From contig OX597836.1 in the NCBI GenBank assembly GCA_951406725.2, forward strand, positions 47,678,001 to 47,742,000: a stretch of 64,000 nt of DNA, in the 5' to 3' direction. A model generated the notes under the pieces. The model worked only from the letters and a program-made list of their open reading frames with translations. It had not been told where the DNA came from and searched no databases. The translations under genes were made by a program, and so were the position numbers. Below are positions 25,709 to 38,700 of the stretch, piece by piece. Source of the DNA: Octopus vulgaris (lineage: Eukaryota). Numbering within the stretch: the first letter of the stretch is position 1; the number at the start of each line of letters is the position of its first letter.

Positions 25709-26192
25709 AGAGGAGAAGAGTAGAAATTACCTCTTTTTCAGCTCCACAACAATGTCCAGCAAACTGGACTCTCCTACCTTTCAGTCCCAGTACTTAACTG
25801 GTGCTTATTTTATCAACCACAAAAAGATGAAAAGCAAAGTCAACCACAGTGGGATTTGAACTCAGAACATAAAGCTGGAAGAAATGTCATGAAGCATTTT
25901 GTCAGGCACACAAAGAATTCTGCTAGTTTGTCGGCAAGATTAGATACAATAAATCTGGAACATTCCAGAAAATAAAGGAGCCCCACGGGGTGGAGTGGCT
26001 GCTACAGCAAGTGTTGCTGGCTATTCTCCATGGCAACAGCATCACAGTCATTACTGCAGGGAACAGCTGAGTACACCATTTGCTTTGGCGGGGTGTGGCC
26101 CATCACCCCGACCCCTCTATATTTTGCTGTTTTAACCCCCCCCACTTTTTCTTTCTTTTATTTTATTATCTCTTTTCTTCCTGTTTCTCAAT

Positions 26193-26595
26193 ATAGGCAT
26201 AGGAGTGGCTGTGTGGTAAGTAGCTTGCTTACGAACCACATGGTACTGGGTTCAGTCCCACTGCATGGCACCTTGGGCAAGTGTCTTCTACTATAGCCCC
26301 AGGCCGACCAAAGCCTTGTGAAGACGGAAACTGAAAGAAGCCTGTCGTATATATGTATATATATATATGTGTGTGTGTGTGCGTGTATGTGTATATGTTT
26401 GTGTGTCTGTCTCCCCCAACATCGCTTGACAACCAATGCTGGTGTGTTTATGTCTCCGTAACTTAGCGGTTCAGCAAAAGTGACTGATAGAATAAGTACT
26501 AAGCTTACAAAGAATAAGTCCTGGGGGTCGATTTGCTCAACTAAAGGTGGTACTCCAGCATGGACACAGTCAAATGACTGAAACAAGTAAAAGAG
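26193..26595 (+). mobile_element. SINE family A
   Basis: Full-length copy. Confidence 0.9.
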
Positions 26596-26716
26596 TATTT
26601 AAATTTAAATGAAAATTCTAAAATTTTCAGAGAATATTGTGATTAGAAGTCAACAAAGTCATTCTACTCTTTCAACACAGATTTGAACAACTCTGATAAA
26701 TCCTTTTATTATGCAA

Positions 26717-27103
26717 CTAGCAGTATCGCCCGGCGTTGCTCAGGTTTGTAAGGGAAATAACTATAAAGCATTTTTAGAGAGTTATAGCCAAAAAATAGCA
26801 AAAAAATGGAAAAAAATGATGGTAAATTTTTTTTTTGAGAGTTAAAAAAGGATGGAGTTGCGTCCCCTAGACAGTTTGTGGTTCGTGTTTCTGATTCTCG
26901 ACCCCATGTCGAATTTATCGATTTTTTTCAGAACTGGGGAAACTTTTCAAAATTTTGGCTGCGTTAGTTTTGAATTATGACATTGGGCTATGTGTGTGTC
27001 AAGTTTCATCAGAATCGGTTGAAAGCCGTGGTCAGGGTGAGGGTACAACCTAACAGACACACAGAAACACGCACAGACAAACTGCCGTTTATATAGAGAG
27101 AGA
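26717..27103 (-). mobile_element. Non-autonomous Helitron
   Basis: Minus strand A|TC...cctgagcaacgccggg hairpin...CTAG|T, i.e. canonical termini and AT target, with (ACAG/AC)n tract on +. Confidence 0.8.
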
Positions 27104-27464
27104 TAACCAGCACCAATTCTTATGTTAGACTTGAAATTTGACTGACAACAGAAGATGTAGAAAATTAGTCTTTGTGAGACACAATGCAGTGTGTCAAGAA
27201 GTTTTCCTATAAATATTAATCTATGATCATCGAAAAAAATCACAACCTGCAGTAATATTGGTTTCAGATTTTGGCACAAGGCCAGTAAGCCTGGGGGAGG
27301 AGGTAAGTCAACTATGTCAACTCCAATGCTCAACTGATACTCGATTTATTGACCCAGGAATGATGAAAAGTAAAGTCGACCTCAGCGGGATTTGAACTCA
27401 GAATGTAATGACAGATGAAATGCTGATAAGCATTAAGCTCGACACTTATTCTATTGGTCTAATT

Positions 27465-27965
27465 TAGACCCACACATACACATATATATAGAGAGACCTA
27501 CATACATACACATATATAGATCGACATGCATACACATATATAGACATACATGCATACATACATATATATAGACCTACATACATACATACACATACATATA
27601 TAGACCTACATACATATATATATATATAGACCTACATACATACACATACATATATAGACCTACATACATATATATATATATAGACCTACATACATACATA
27701 TATATATAGACCTACATACACACATATATATAGACCTACATACATATATATATATAGACCTACATACATACACACATATATATAGACCTACATACATATA
27801 TATATATAGACCTACATACATACACACATATATATAGACCTACATACATATATATATATAGACCTACATACATACACACATATATATAGACCTACATACA
27901 TATATATATATAGACCTACATACATATATATATATAGACCTACACACACACCCCTACATATATGA
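27465..27965. repeat. Microsatellite-derived minisatellite (tatagacctacatacata...)n
   Basis: More than 15 tandem units anchored on 'agacctac' with variable TA/CA spacers. Confidence 0.95.
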
Positions 27966-27981
27966 ATACACACACATATGT

Positions 27982-28290
27982 ATCATCATCATCGTTTAGC
28001 ATTCACCTTCCATGCTGGCATGGGTGGGACAGTCTGACATGAGCCGACCAGGCAAAAGGCTGCAGCAAACTTCTGTAACTGTTTCTGCAGGATTTTTACA
28101 GCTGGATGCCCTTCCGAACACCAACCACTCAGCAGAGAGGACTTAGTGCTTTTTACGTGGCACAAGCACAGGCGAGGTCAGTTTTGACAAGGTTTTTACA
28201 GCTGGATGCCCTTCCAAACACTAACCACTTTACAGTGTGGACTGGGTGCTTTTAAGTGACACCTGCACTGACAGGGTCACCAAGTACTTG
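27982..28290 (-). mobile_element. Family E RTE-derived element, diverged
   Basis: (CAT)n and ctggatgcccttcc motif present twice. Confidence 0.65.
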
Positions 28291-28417
28291 CAAGACAAAA
28301 TAAAATCTCTTTTGAGAGGGGAGGGGGTATTGGAGGAGATGATCTTGCATCATATGATGAAAGGTTATAGTAAGACAGAAACAGGTGTCTTGCTGTAGAG
28401 GAGGTACAAGGTTACTC

Positions 28418-28474
<57 letters not shown>

Positions 28475-28787
28475 AGGAATGAAGACAGGTGTGCTATTGG
28501 AAAGGAAATTCATGGTTACCCAACCTGAGGAAAGTACAAGAGGAGAGAGAGTGAGAGACAACAGAATAGATATGGTGGCAAAGTACCAGGTATACTCACA
28601 AGGGATGGGGATCAGAATAAAAATGGGATGGTTGAGTAAAGGAAGAGAGATATCGATGGGGGCAAATGCCAGGGCATACCCTTGAGGTTTGAACATCATA
28701 ATATCATATACATACGCACATACCTACTTACAGTGTATGTGTGTGTGTGTGTGTATGCGCACATACACACCTACAAATACACACATT

Positions 28788-28940
28788 CACCATCATTGTT
28801 TGACCGTGGTCAAGACAATGGAATTTACTATGTTACGCCAGACTTCACGGTCCATCATAGCACTATGGAGGTCCTGTTGCTGGATGCCTGTATCCCTGGA
28901 GATTATATCAGAGTAGGAGAGTGTGCGCCCTCTGGTATCA
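28788..28940 (-). mobile_element. 3' end of an RTE-like LINE
   Basis: DTRGRTLSYSDIISRDTGIQQQDLHSAMMDREVWRNIVNSIV resembles RTE termini. Confidence 0.7.
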
Positions 28941-29439
28941 TTGGATGCCCTTGGAGGGGCAATGTGATCAGAGACAGGACCCGGCAAAGCAGGGGCTGGA
29001 CCTACATCCACAGGTATACCATTAAGTCTGGTTCCCTGGGGAAGAGGAACCCTGGTGCAGTTAATTGCAAACTTCACAGTCTTTTCAAATAGCTAATAAT
29101 GTGTGCGTGTGCCGCTACTACACACATTGGAAAGCATTGTACAACCAAGCACTAAAGAAGATCTTTCCTCCTCCATGAAACAAAGCTGTTCCCGCTGGAC
29201 ATCAACCCAGTATTTCTAAGCTACGGACCGAGTGATTTGTTGTAAGGTTATCTCCCTAGACAGATTGCCTTCACTGCGGCTAAGGAGCCCTTTCTACCCT
29301 ACTGACACAGGTTGTACCGGTTTACAGTTTACCAGTAGTAGGATCTGATGCTGCATACATCGGACCTGACCTGCCATTATATACACACACATACTTATAT
29401 ATATATATGTGTGTGTGGATGAAATAAACATCAGAGACA

Positions 29440-29640
29440 CTGTGATCCACGCAGAAACTGCAGGAGCTACAACTGCTGTGCCTATTTCCTCAATGGCTTT
29501 CTTCATCTGCCTGGGTTTCAGACTTACTTTCTGCAGAAAATAGCACACTGATGCAGATGGAAAACCACAGCAGCTGACTTCAATGGGGAGTGAGGCTGCA
29601 TGCCAGTCCTTGATAATGGCCTTGTTGACTAACATATGAG
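29440..29640 (-). mobile_element. HERO-like RLE C-terminal fragment
   Basis: LVNKAIIKDWHAASLPIEVSCCGFPSASVCYFLQKV corresponds to the GW...FPIEVGCRGF motif. Confidence 0.7.
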
Positions 29641-30629
29641 CAAGATATGCTAGTACAACCTATATAGGATGGGAGGTAACTTGAATTGTGATGACCCATC
29701 CAACCCATGCCACCATGCATAGCAGATAAAATGATGACGACAACACTATAACATATATGTCGAGAGTTTGAGAGGTGTTAAGGCTGCTCCCCCGATGAGG
29801 AGGAGTCACCTGCAAGCGTCCTGTGTGGTGCCACGTTAAAAGCATCCAGCACACACTGTAAAGTGATTGGCATTCGTAAGAGCATCCAGCCATAGAAACC
29901 AAGCCAAATCAGATTGGAGTCTAGTGAAGCTCTCCAACTTGGTAACTCCCGTCAAACTGCCCAACCCATGCCAGCATGGAAAACAGGTGATGATGATGAT
30001 GAATGCAAACAAATGCAAAAGAGTACCTAAACAGAACACCTCGTTTAAGAGTGTATTTATGAAACTTAGAAACAGAGGAACAACCTGTAATATTTAAATG
30101 TCAAAGTTAAGTTAATAAGATTATCCTTTTTCAGATTAGTGACCTCATCCTTGAAGATGAACACTTTTTTACATAATTGCATCCAGACAACATTCTGATC
30201 AGTTTGATCTTTGACCGTCACCAAATGCCTAATTTTTGCAAGTGTACATAGAGCTAGACTGGAGCAGGAAGCTTTCTATTCTAAACTGAGAAATCAACTG
30301 CAGAAATAATAAAATTGTATTAGTAAAGACTAAAAATGAGAACCTACCCCCACCCCAACTCTTTCTTTCTTTCTCTCTCTCCTTATTCAAAGTTTGGTCA
30401 GGAAGATGTTTTTATACAATGTCCCTTTGCAAGTCCTCCATGATTGATGCAGTTGACTCTCTTCTTAAGATACACGTTGAAGGTTGCAGGGAAGGAATTT
30501 CAAAGGGATGAAATTCCAAGGAGTATGGGCAGAGAGATTTGGGAGCCTTCAGGGAAAGGTCCGTTTGTCTTAATAATTTCTTAACTTCACTGTTTTAGAA
30601 TTTCTTACTTCACAACTACGTAATTCACA

Positions 30630-32060
30630 TATGAAAAGTCTAGTGAGATGGTATGACAAGACTCTGAAAGACACCAAACAGATGAAAGAGTGCCCTCAAA
30701 TGGTAGATGAAGGTCTTGAGAAGATTGCCAGTAGCCCACTGGTGAGGAAATACAAAGTCTGGTGCCCAGAACATGTTCCTGTAGTTGTTACTCATGTATA
30801 AAATTGCCATAGTTGGGGTAATGGAGGCACCTAGAAATGGCTAGGTGTACCCCCTCAAAAGTCTGACATTGCCCTATACTACCAACAGGCAAAACTGAAG
30901 TTGCCACTGAAGTCAGTTGTAGAAGAATATAAAGTAGAAAATGAGTCTGCAGAAGATGTTAGAATGCTCCAAGGATAGAGTGGTAAGATCATTACAGACT
31001 ACATTGAAAACTGGCAGAACATGGAAGATCCTGCCTTTCATGCCTACCCTACAATGTCAGTGTAAAAATAAACAATCATGCCATTGAAATCCCAAACTTG
31101 TGAGATAATGCAGGCCTAATTAAAAGAAATGTGAACAAGTAAGCATTACATTTGACAGATAATCTAAATGCTAACGAGTTAAAGAAATAAATTGAACTTA
31201 TCCAAACAGCGAGACAAAGACTAGACACCATTGCAAAATGCAATGGTGTAGAGACTGTCAAAACTTGGTAATTCAGGAAGTAAGGAAAGAGGAGGTCAAA
31301 GAGGAGGTCAAAAAGGAGGTAGACAAAAGCAGTACAACAATCTCAACCAGTCAGTGAAGAAATTGAGATGAGTCATTGCAAAGGCAACACATAGGTTAAG
31401 CTTCATCATATGAGCCATGTGTGACTTCTGTCTATCTAAGACCAACCTTCTGAAATGGGGGGGAGGAAGAGCTAGGTTATCCTCTGTGCAAGGACAAACC
31501 ACAAACAATGGGGCCTGTGCTTAGTTCATGCCAGTTGGCTCTTTGCCAAAGGCAGAGACACACGGAGACATAAGTAGAATGGTAGAGGAGCTGATTCATT
31601 TAGAAGCCAGATGCAATCTGAAGCCATGAACTCAGCCCTGATGTTTGTAATGGAAGAGGAGGAGGAGTTTGGGTCAAATAAGGAGCCTGGACAAGATCAA
31701 CTTAGACATGCACAGACCTTTCAGACTGGCACAAAAACTATCCAAATTTCATCAGTATGAAAGGACAGAGAACAAGTATTGTTCTTTGGTCAAAATAAGG
31801 TGCCAGAATCATCTTGGTTGAGCTGACAGTCCTTTATGAGAGCTGAGAAGAAGAACAACAATTCAAGATGATGACCTTGTGAAAGTTCTAATGAAAGAAG
31901 TGTACCATTGCTCAGTAAATGCAGTGGAAGTTGGTGAATGGATGTTTGCTGCAGAATATATGTGCCAACCACTTGGTCAGCTTGAAATCAAGGGTTGTAA
32001 AAGAATAGTGACAGCTGTTAAAGACAGCTGGAAAGAGTTCAATTTTGTTGAGGAGGATGA
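30630..32060 (+). mobile_element. Decayed HERO-like (R2-group) non-LTR retrotransposon: RT C-terminus, CCHC region and RLE, interrupted by a P1 MITE fragment
   Basis: KSLVRWYDKTLKD..GLEKI..KYKVWC..LGVPP..IALY..KLKLPLKSVVEEYK..LKTGRTWK; PLCKDKPQT..VLSSC..AL; IVLWSK..IILVELTV..AVEVG. Confidence 0.8.
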
Positions 32061-32639
32061 TGATGATGATGATGATGGTTTGTATAAAAGGCATGATATC
32101 TAATTTAAATAGCAATGTGATTTTTATATTCATGACACCCAATAGATAAAAAGAATTTACAGATGGAACTGTGCGATAGTTTTTAGGGCTGAGCAATATA
32201 TTCATTCAAAGGTTCCACGTTCAATACCCACTAAAGGTAGCAGCTAAATAACAGCAGGACAATTACGAGTCACTATTAAGGTAAGCCTTGCTCCTTTAGA
32301 GTGTCAGGAATGAATGGGCTAAAACACTTGTTGGACAAGAGTTCTTCCTCTGAAGATTCATCTTGCTGTCCACTCACCCCGTAGCAAGTTTCCTCTTACA
32401 ACACTATCTTAATCTCTCATCCTGGGTTTACCGATTGATGTCAATTGGAATAAAATTTTAACAATTTTACTGAAGATAATATTGGAAAAAAAAAATTCAA
32501 ACACTTCAAATTAAAGAATCCGATATTGATCTGCCAAATTAATGTAACCCAAGAGAAGCAGAAGCCACAGATGGCACTCAAAGAAATGTTAAAAAACAAT
32601 CTACAACACTTTAACTAAATGTTGGTGAATGGTCCACTT

Positions 32640-33000
32640 AGTCCAACAATTTTTATCTAATTTTTCTTCTGATGTTGGTCCCAGTCTGTGAGAAGATACA
32701 ACATTAATGGTAGGGGGGGTATGTTTTCCTTTAACAACTTTTGTGATGATGGTAAGACTGAAACAAATCGAAATGTGAAACACTTAAAATACACCAAGAA
32801 TAATAATAAATAGCTGACCACTTGCTTAAATGAAATGTTAATGTTTCTTAGCACTAATAATATCTCGATGGGAATGCAGTGACTGCCAAGAATAATCAAT
32901 TATTGGAGCACAGACAAATATCTTGTTGATAGATAGTTGCATTACTCCTCTAATCAGAGGAGATTGTTGTTACGTCCTTAATGTATTTTCAGCTGAGAAA
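32640..33000 (+). pseudogene. piggyBac transposase remnant
   Basis: KTETNRNVK...NEMLMFL...MGMQ*LPRIINYWSTDKYL matches the N-terminal PGBD motif ETNRYA..EM..FLG..MG..LP...YWS. Confidence 0.7.
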
Positions 33001-34224
33001 TACAACCAAGAAAAGACAACACAAGCAAGACATCATCATCATGAACAAATGTGCTATAAATTACCATCCAAGTTATTCCAGAGAAGTTGATTAAATAAAG
33101 AATGGAATTCCATTATATCTGCACTGCAACAGAATCCTTGTTGTCATGGTGTTTACAGTAATACAGTTAACATTTATGAACCAAGTTCACCATGCAGTTT
33201 GGTATCTATTTCAAACTTACTGTAATCAGGTAAGATTTCTTTTTGATAATTATTTTCTTTTCACCTGTCATTTTGGATGGATGTTTTGAAACCATCGACA
33301 AAAACACTGATTATGACATATTTATGACAAATAGGTCTCGATAGAGAATTTTGACACATCAAATGCAAAATAAAGATAGCAAAAAAATTTCAAAAGACAC
33401 CTGAAATTTCCTTACACTATTTGTCTTAACATTTTGGAAACTCCAGTGCACAATATTAAATGTAGAACTTATTATATTGTAACCCAATATAGAGGTAAAA
33501 TAAATCAGAAAAGTAAATATTAATTCAAATATTATGTAAAAAAAAATGTTCTCTACAAAATAAGAAAACCTCAAACTGGTAGAGAGGAGGTCAGCTGTTA
33601 TCCTGTCCAGGTTGGGTGTGTTTATAACTTGCCATAACAATTTAATGATGATGCCATGGTAAAAATGCACCCACTACACTGTGTAGAGTAGTTGGTGTTA
33701 GGAAGGGTACTAAGCCATAGAAACCATACCCATTGAAATGCAGTCATTCAAACCATCTGGCAGTAAACCTAAATAATAGCTGACTTGGACAGTAAAGATT
33801 ATTCAACCCCTGCCAGCACAACAGATGATGATGATGATGATGATGATGATGTGACAATGACAAACATTGCTGATGATTTGATAAAATAACTTTATCGTTT
33901 TCGTTTCTCATAAACTCTTCTATGCAAACATTACACTTTGAAAGGAAAATCACTAATGTGAATTGAAACCCAAATATTCTGCCCAAATAGTCAGCTAACA
34001 AGAGACTTATTTTGATTATCATCATAAACTATCATACTTTTAAAAATATGACTGAACCAAATTTTCCTAAAATCCCACCCAACCATGTTATAAAAGCAAA
34101 GACACATAAACACATATATAAAACTCTAGTCAGGGGTCACTTAGCTTCATGGTACAGAACACTCTTTGATGGGTACAGGGCTTGATCCTCTGTAACATCT
34201 TGCTGGCCACTTTTTTGGACTGCC

Positions 34225-34410
34225 AAGCAAGAAGAGGAGGCAGAAAAAGATAGACCAAGAAGGGACCTTCCATCCAAAACCACCTGTCCCACCTGTCCCA
34301 CTTGTGGAAGGAGCTTCCAAGCAAGAATTGGACATCAATCGATAATATAAGAGAAAGAAAAAAACAAAACGAAGACCATCTTCCTCAACCTCAAGGGATG
34401 GCCAGCACAA
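34225..34410 (+). mobile_element. RTE-like LINE 3' end with zinc-finger remnant
   Basis: TCPTCGRSFQARIG motif followed by a short 3' UTR. Confidence 0.55.
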
Positions 34411-36017
34411 TGATATAAAACTCAATTTTCCACTGGCCTGGGACTAAATAGGAACAGCAATAATATGGACACAAAAAAAAAAAAAAAAAAACTTCCAAAA
34501 ATCCTAATCAGATCAAAAGTAAATGTTTGGGAAAATCTTTTGCCAAAGTGTTTCAATTAATTTTGAAAACAATTTAACCAGAGAGGTTTCGTGAAAATAA
34601 TTAACTTTGTTGTTGTTATAGTGGCATTTGGAATATAATAACTTAAACAGCTCCCATATGCAATTATGATGGAAGGTTTTTAATTTAAATATGAACAGTT
34701 CATAAAAAATAAAAGCAAGAAATTTTGTATCAAAGAATAAGAAGCAGTTTCAGCTGGATTGGGATCCAAAGTAATTTAAGAAGATTTTACATAGACAAGT
34801 CAATGTCAAAGAATGAAAATTTCTCTTTAATCCTTTTATGACCAACCCACCTGAAACTACCCCTGGTCCTATGATATAAATTTGTTTTAAAGTGAACTAA
34901 ACTAAAGCCATTTGAGTTTCACATTAATTTATGTTCCAAATACCTGCTAAATGATAAAGTTATTTAACTAAATTCATCATTGTTTTCTAAATTAATTGAA
35001 AAAAAGTGTATTTCAACAGAAATATGGCAACAAAAGGGAATTTGTCCTGAGTAAGACTTTAAACTGCATCCAATAGCAGGGTCTTCGTATGGAAGTACCA
35101 GGGTTTTGAGGAATGTGGAACTACCTTTTAGCCACTATTGTTCCAGGGTATATTCTGACCCAGAGGGGTAGCACCTGTTAGAGCCCTAGTTATGAGTCAA
35201 CAGGTATGTGTATCGCCCACTTCAAACCAAGGCTACGTTTACTCCAATAATCAGGAGTGACTTGGTCAGTGAATCCTCTGCAAGAGTTCATAATCGACAG
35301 GAAAATGAGCTGCTACAGATTGCACCATCCCAAAGTGTGTACGCATGTGAGTGGGAACCACATGTGAACATGCATTCTCGTTGAAACTCCAAACATGAAC
35401 TCTATTCCTCGACAGTGAACGATGCCTACAGTATCTGCGCTATCTGATGCTCTTGCTCTCCCAGTCCAGGGCATTCATCAAATTTGCTAGCTGGATTTTA
35501 ATGTCACAGGTAGAAGCATTACTTTGCTTGCTGGAATGTGAGGCTGACTGTCAGATGAGGTCAGCATTCATAGGGGACATGGTGGACCCTCCCCAGGTGA
35601 ATGCCTCTGCAAGAACAAGTCACAAAAAGGTTAAGTATTAACTAAACAGCTATGTCATTTGTCAAGTTGCTTCTAATAAAGCAAACTTTCACAATGTCAC
35701 AGCACAGAGCTTCAGTAAACAACAGGAATAGACTTTAAGAAAATAAGGAATGACAAGAATAATATAACCTTCTCCAACCGCAGCCGCTAAGTTAAATAAT
35801 AGCTTGGTTTACGAACTTGTAAACAGACCTATGATGACACAAACGAATTGAAATATTTCACTGAATCATCATAAAATTAACTTTCATTTCAGTGCAATGT
35901 TGAGATCAGCTTCAATGTTTCATAACCTGAACCATCAATGACCCAGATAGTCTAATACACAATAAAATGTATATTCTATTTCACACAATATATGTTCCAT
36001 CAAGTGTCAAGCTTTAA

Positions 36018-36238
36018 CCCTTTCGTTACCAACCCGGTTGAAACTGCCTCTGGCTCTGAGTACAAATGTTTTGTTTTCATAAGTTCTGAATTAAAATCTT
36101 CCACCAAACCTTAGTCACAATTTATGTTCCTAACACTAGCTTAATGATAACAAAGTTATTTTACTAAATTCTTTGTTATATTTAGAATTAATTCAAAGAA
36201 ACACAGGGCATCTCAAAATAAATGCAGTAACGAAAGGG
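36018..36238. mobile_element. piggyBac-type MITE (family P2), inverted relative to 14572-14795
   Basis: TTAA-CCCTTTCGTTAC...GTAACGAAAGGG-TTAA. Older relatives at ~34826-35040 and ~36625-36850. Confidence 0.9.
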
Positions 36239-36252
36239 TTAAACAAACTTAA

Positions 36253-36565
36253 AAGACCCCCTTTGGTCATGAATAACCATGAGATTACACCTAGAAAGTT
36301 CCCCTCCAAGGAACAAGTCTGGGCAAAGTTGTTCGTGGAAGACCAGCTTATGCCTACCAGCCTCCCCTCTCCACACCACTCATGTTATCCAAGGGAGAGG
36401 CAAAGGGGCTGATACAGCTTGGCACCAGGGATGTCACAACTCATTTCTACAGCTGAGTGAACTGGAGCAACATGAAATAAAGTGTCTTGCTCAAGAACAC
36501 AACACACAGCCCGGTCTGGGAATTGACTTCACTACCTCATGATTGTGAGCCCAACACACTAACAG
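36253..36565 (-). mobile_element. SINE family C (diverged)
   Basis: Similar to 15245-15581. Confidence 0.8.
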
Positions 36566-37104
36566 CAAAATCAAAGACAATCAAAATCTTTAACACAATG
36601 AAACAAACTGCAATGTTACATTTTAACCCTTTTTTTACCAATCCATCTGAGGCACCCCTGATTAAAGGACACAAACATCCTGTTTTAAAGAGATCTAAAT
36701 TAAAATCTTTCATCAAACTTTTCAGGCTAATTTAAGTTCCAAGCACCAGCTTAATAATGACAAAATTATTTTATGAAATTCTTAATTATTCTAAAAATTA
36801 ATTGAAACAAAAGGAGTATATTTCAGCAGAAATATGGTAATGAAAGGGTTGTATGAAAGACATAATCCAGATCTTTAACATAATGGAACAACGTTATGAA
36901 GATCTACAAATTTATGCATCAAATACAACTATAAACATTTATAAAATGTGGACTTTCCACAGGTATTGCTAGTTGTTAATCTATTAATAGTTATCAAACA
37001 AGTATTAATCTCATGAATCTATTAATTCCATTAACTAACTTTATATTCTTTGAAAAATCTATTTTAACAAAAATCTTTGGAAAATGTCAGTGAAAGAAAA
37101 TGCA

Positions 37105-37470
37105 GCCATGGCTGTGTGTTAAGAAGTTTTCTTCCCAATCACATCATTCCAGGTTCAGTCTCACTGTGTGGCACCTTGGGCAAGTGTCTTCTACTATAGC
37201 CTCAGGCCAACCAAAGCCTTGTGAGTGGATTTGGTAGACGGAAACTGAAAGAAGTCTGTTGTGTGCATGTGTGTGTGTATTTGTCCCTCACCACCACTTC
37301 ATAACCAGTGTTGGTATGTTTATGTCCCCATAACTTAGCAGTTTGAGAAAGGAGACCAATAGAACAGGTACTAGGGCTTAAAAATAAAACAAGTACAAGG
37401 ATCAACTAGTTCAACTAAAATTCTTCAAGCATGGCTGCAGTCTAATGACTGAAACGAGTACACAGCAAAA
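37105..37470 (+). mobile_element. SINE family A (older subfamily)
   Basis: Similarity to family A. Confidence 0.8.
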
Positions 37471-37974
37471 GATAAACTTCTAATTCCAACATGCAACAAC
37501 AGTACGACTTCACACAATCTTTTCCGAATATTCTTAGTGGTTCATATAACTAAATATTGTTAAGTAAGTAAACTATGTTAAATACACGTCATTAGAAAAA
37601 CACCTAACCACTAACATAAGTAACTGGTATTTCAAAAATGGTTGCTCACCCCACTAGAAATAACAGTCAAACCTTCCTTAAATCATAACCAACTAACTTA
37701 TACAGAAGACATTCAGTAATATAGGCCAGTGTTTCTCAACCATTTTTTATCTATGGACCCCTTTAATTACTATTTCACCTGGATGTATCCCCATAGCCAT
37801 TTGATATTGAAAAATACCCTATTATGTTTTTATAAAATATTATTAGGAATTGTATCAAAAAATTGTTAAAATATTTTGTGTTATAGAAGCAAAAAGCAAT
37901 TTATTGCTCATTTGAAAATCACTGATGCAGACAATGATATACAAAAGAGAAGATGCGCTTGTTTTATATAAAGA

Positions 37975-38215
37975 CAAGGTATGCATCTTCCACATATAAC
38001 CATTACTTTCTTTATTAGTCTTCCTGTAATTCTGCTGCACCTCTTGTGTGTCCATAGTTTGCACTGGGTACACCATATGGAAATCCTGTCTGTGCCTTTC
38101 CTACATATTGAGCAAGGTCATTTTCCTGAAGGGAACAGAGTCCTATCTGTGTTCCTGCTTACTAGAATTCATTTTGGTTAAGTTAACTTCAAGCCCCCAC
38201 CCCTGCTGCTTCCAG
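37975..38215 (-). mobile_element. RTE-clade RT fragment carrying a PHD-like Cys/His insert
   Basis: GL(E/K)VNLTK..PSGK*PCSICRKG...SIWCTQCKLWTHKRCSRITGRL....ICGRC across frameshifts. Confidence 0.75.
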
Positions 38216-38489
38216 GTTTTGTTTCTACACCCAGGACTCAGAGGAAGCTGATGATTCATTAAACCACCACTCAGAATTTTTATTACAAACGATCATTCTC
38301 GGGGAAACAAAAGAGATGGCTGGTTTTGTTGACTGAACAATTGTTTATAGAGAGATATTGACCAGTGGCAAGGAAATGAGTCACCAGATTCATCCAAACA
38401 CACACACACACACACACAACAATCATTTTCAGGAGTCAATAAAATCGAGGTATTTTAATAACAAAGACACCAGGGTAGAATTGAAAATA

Positions 38490-38700
38490 GCATACCCAGG
38501 TATCAACAGACGCCATGATACATCGTTAGCCATTACACACTTTTTTTTTCTCTCCTTGTTTTTTCTGTGTCCCTTTCTGTAGAAGAGCGTAGGCTCGAAA
38601 CGTAAAAGACTTTTTCTATTCCTGAGCGTTATACTAATACATCTGTTTGTTTTGTACACCACCTGTCTTCGTCTTTTGCTTTTTTCGTAAACTCTCCCTA
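38490..38700 (+). mobile_element. Penelope-like terminal fragment with hammerhead-like motif (38573-38608)
   Basis: cttt-CTGTAGA-A-GAGC-gtag-GCTC-GAAAC-GTA-aaag. Confidence 0.6.
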
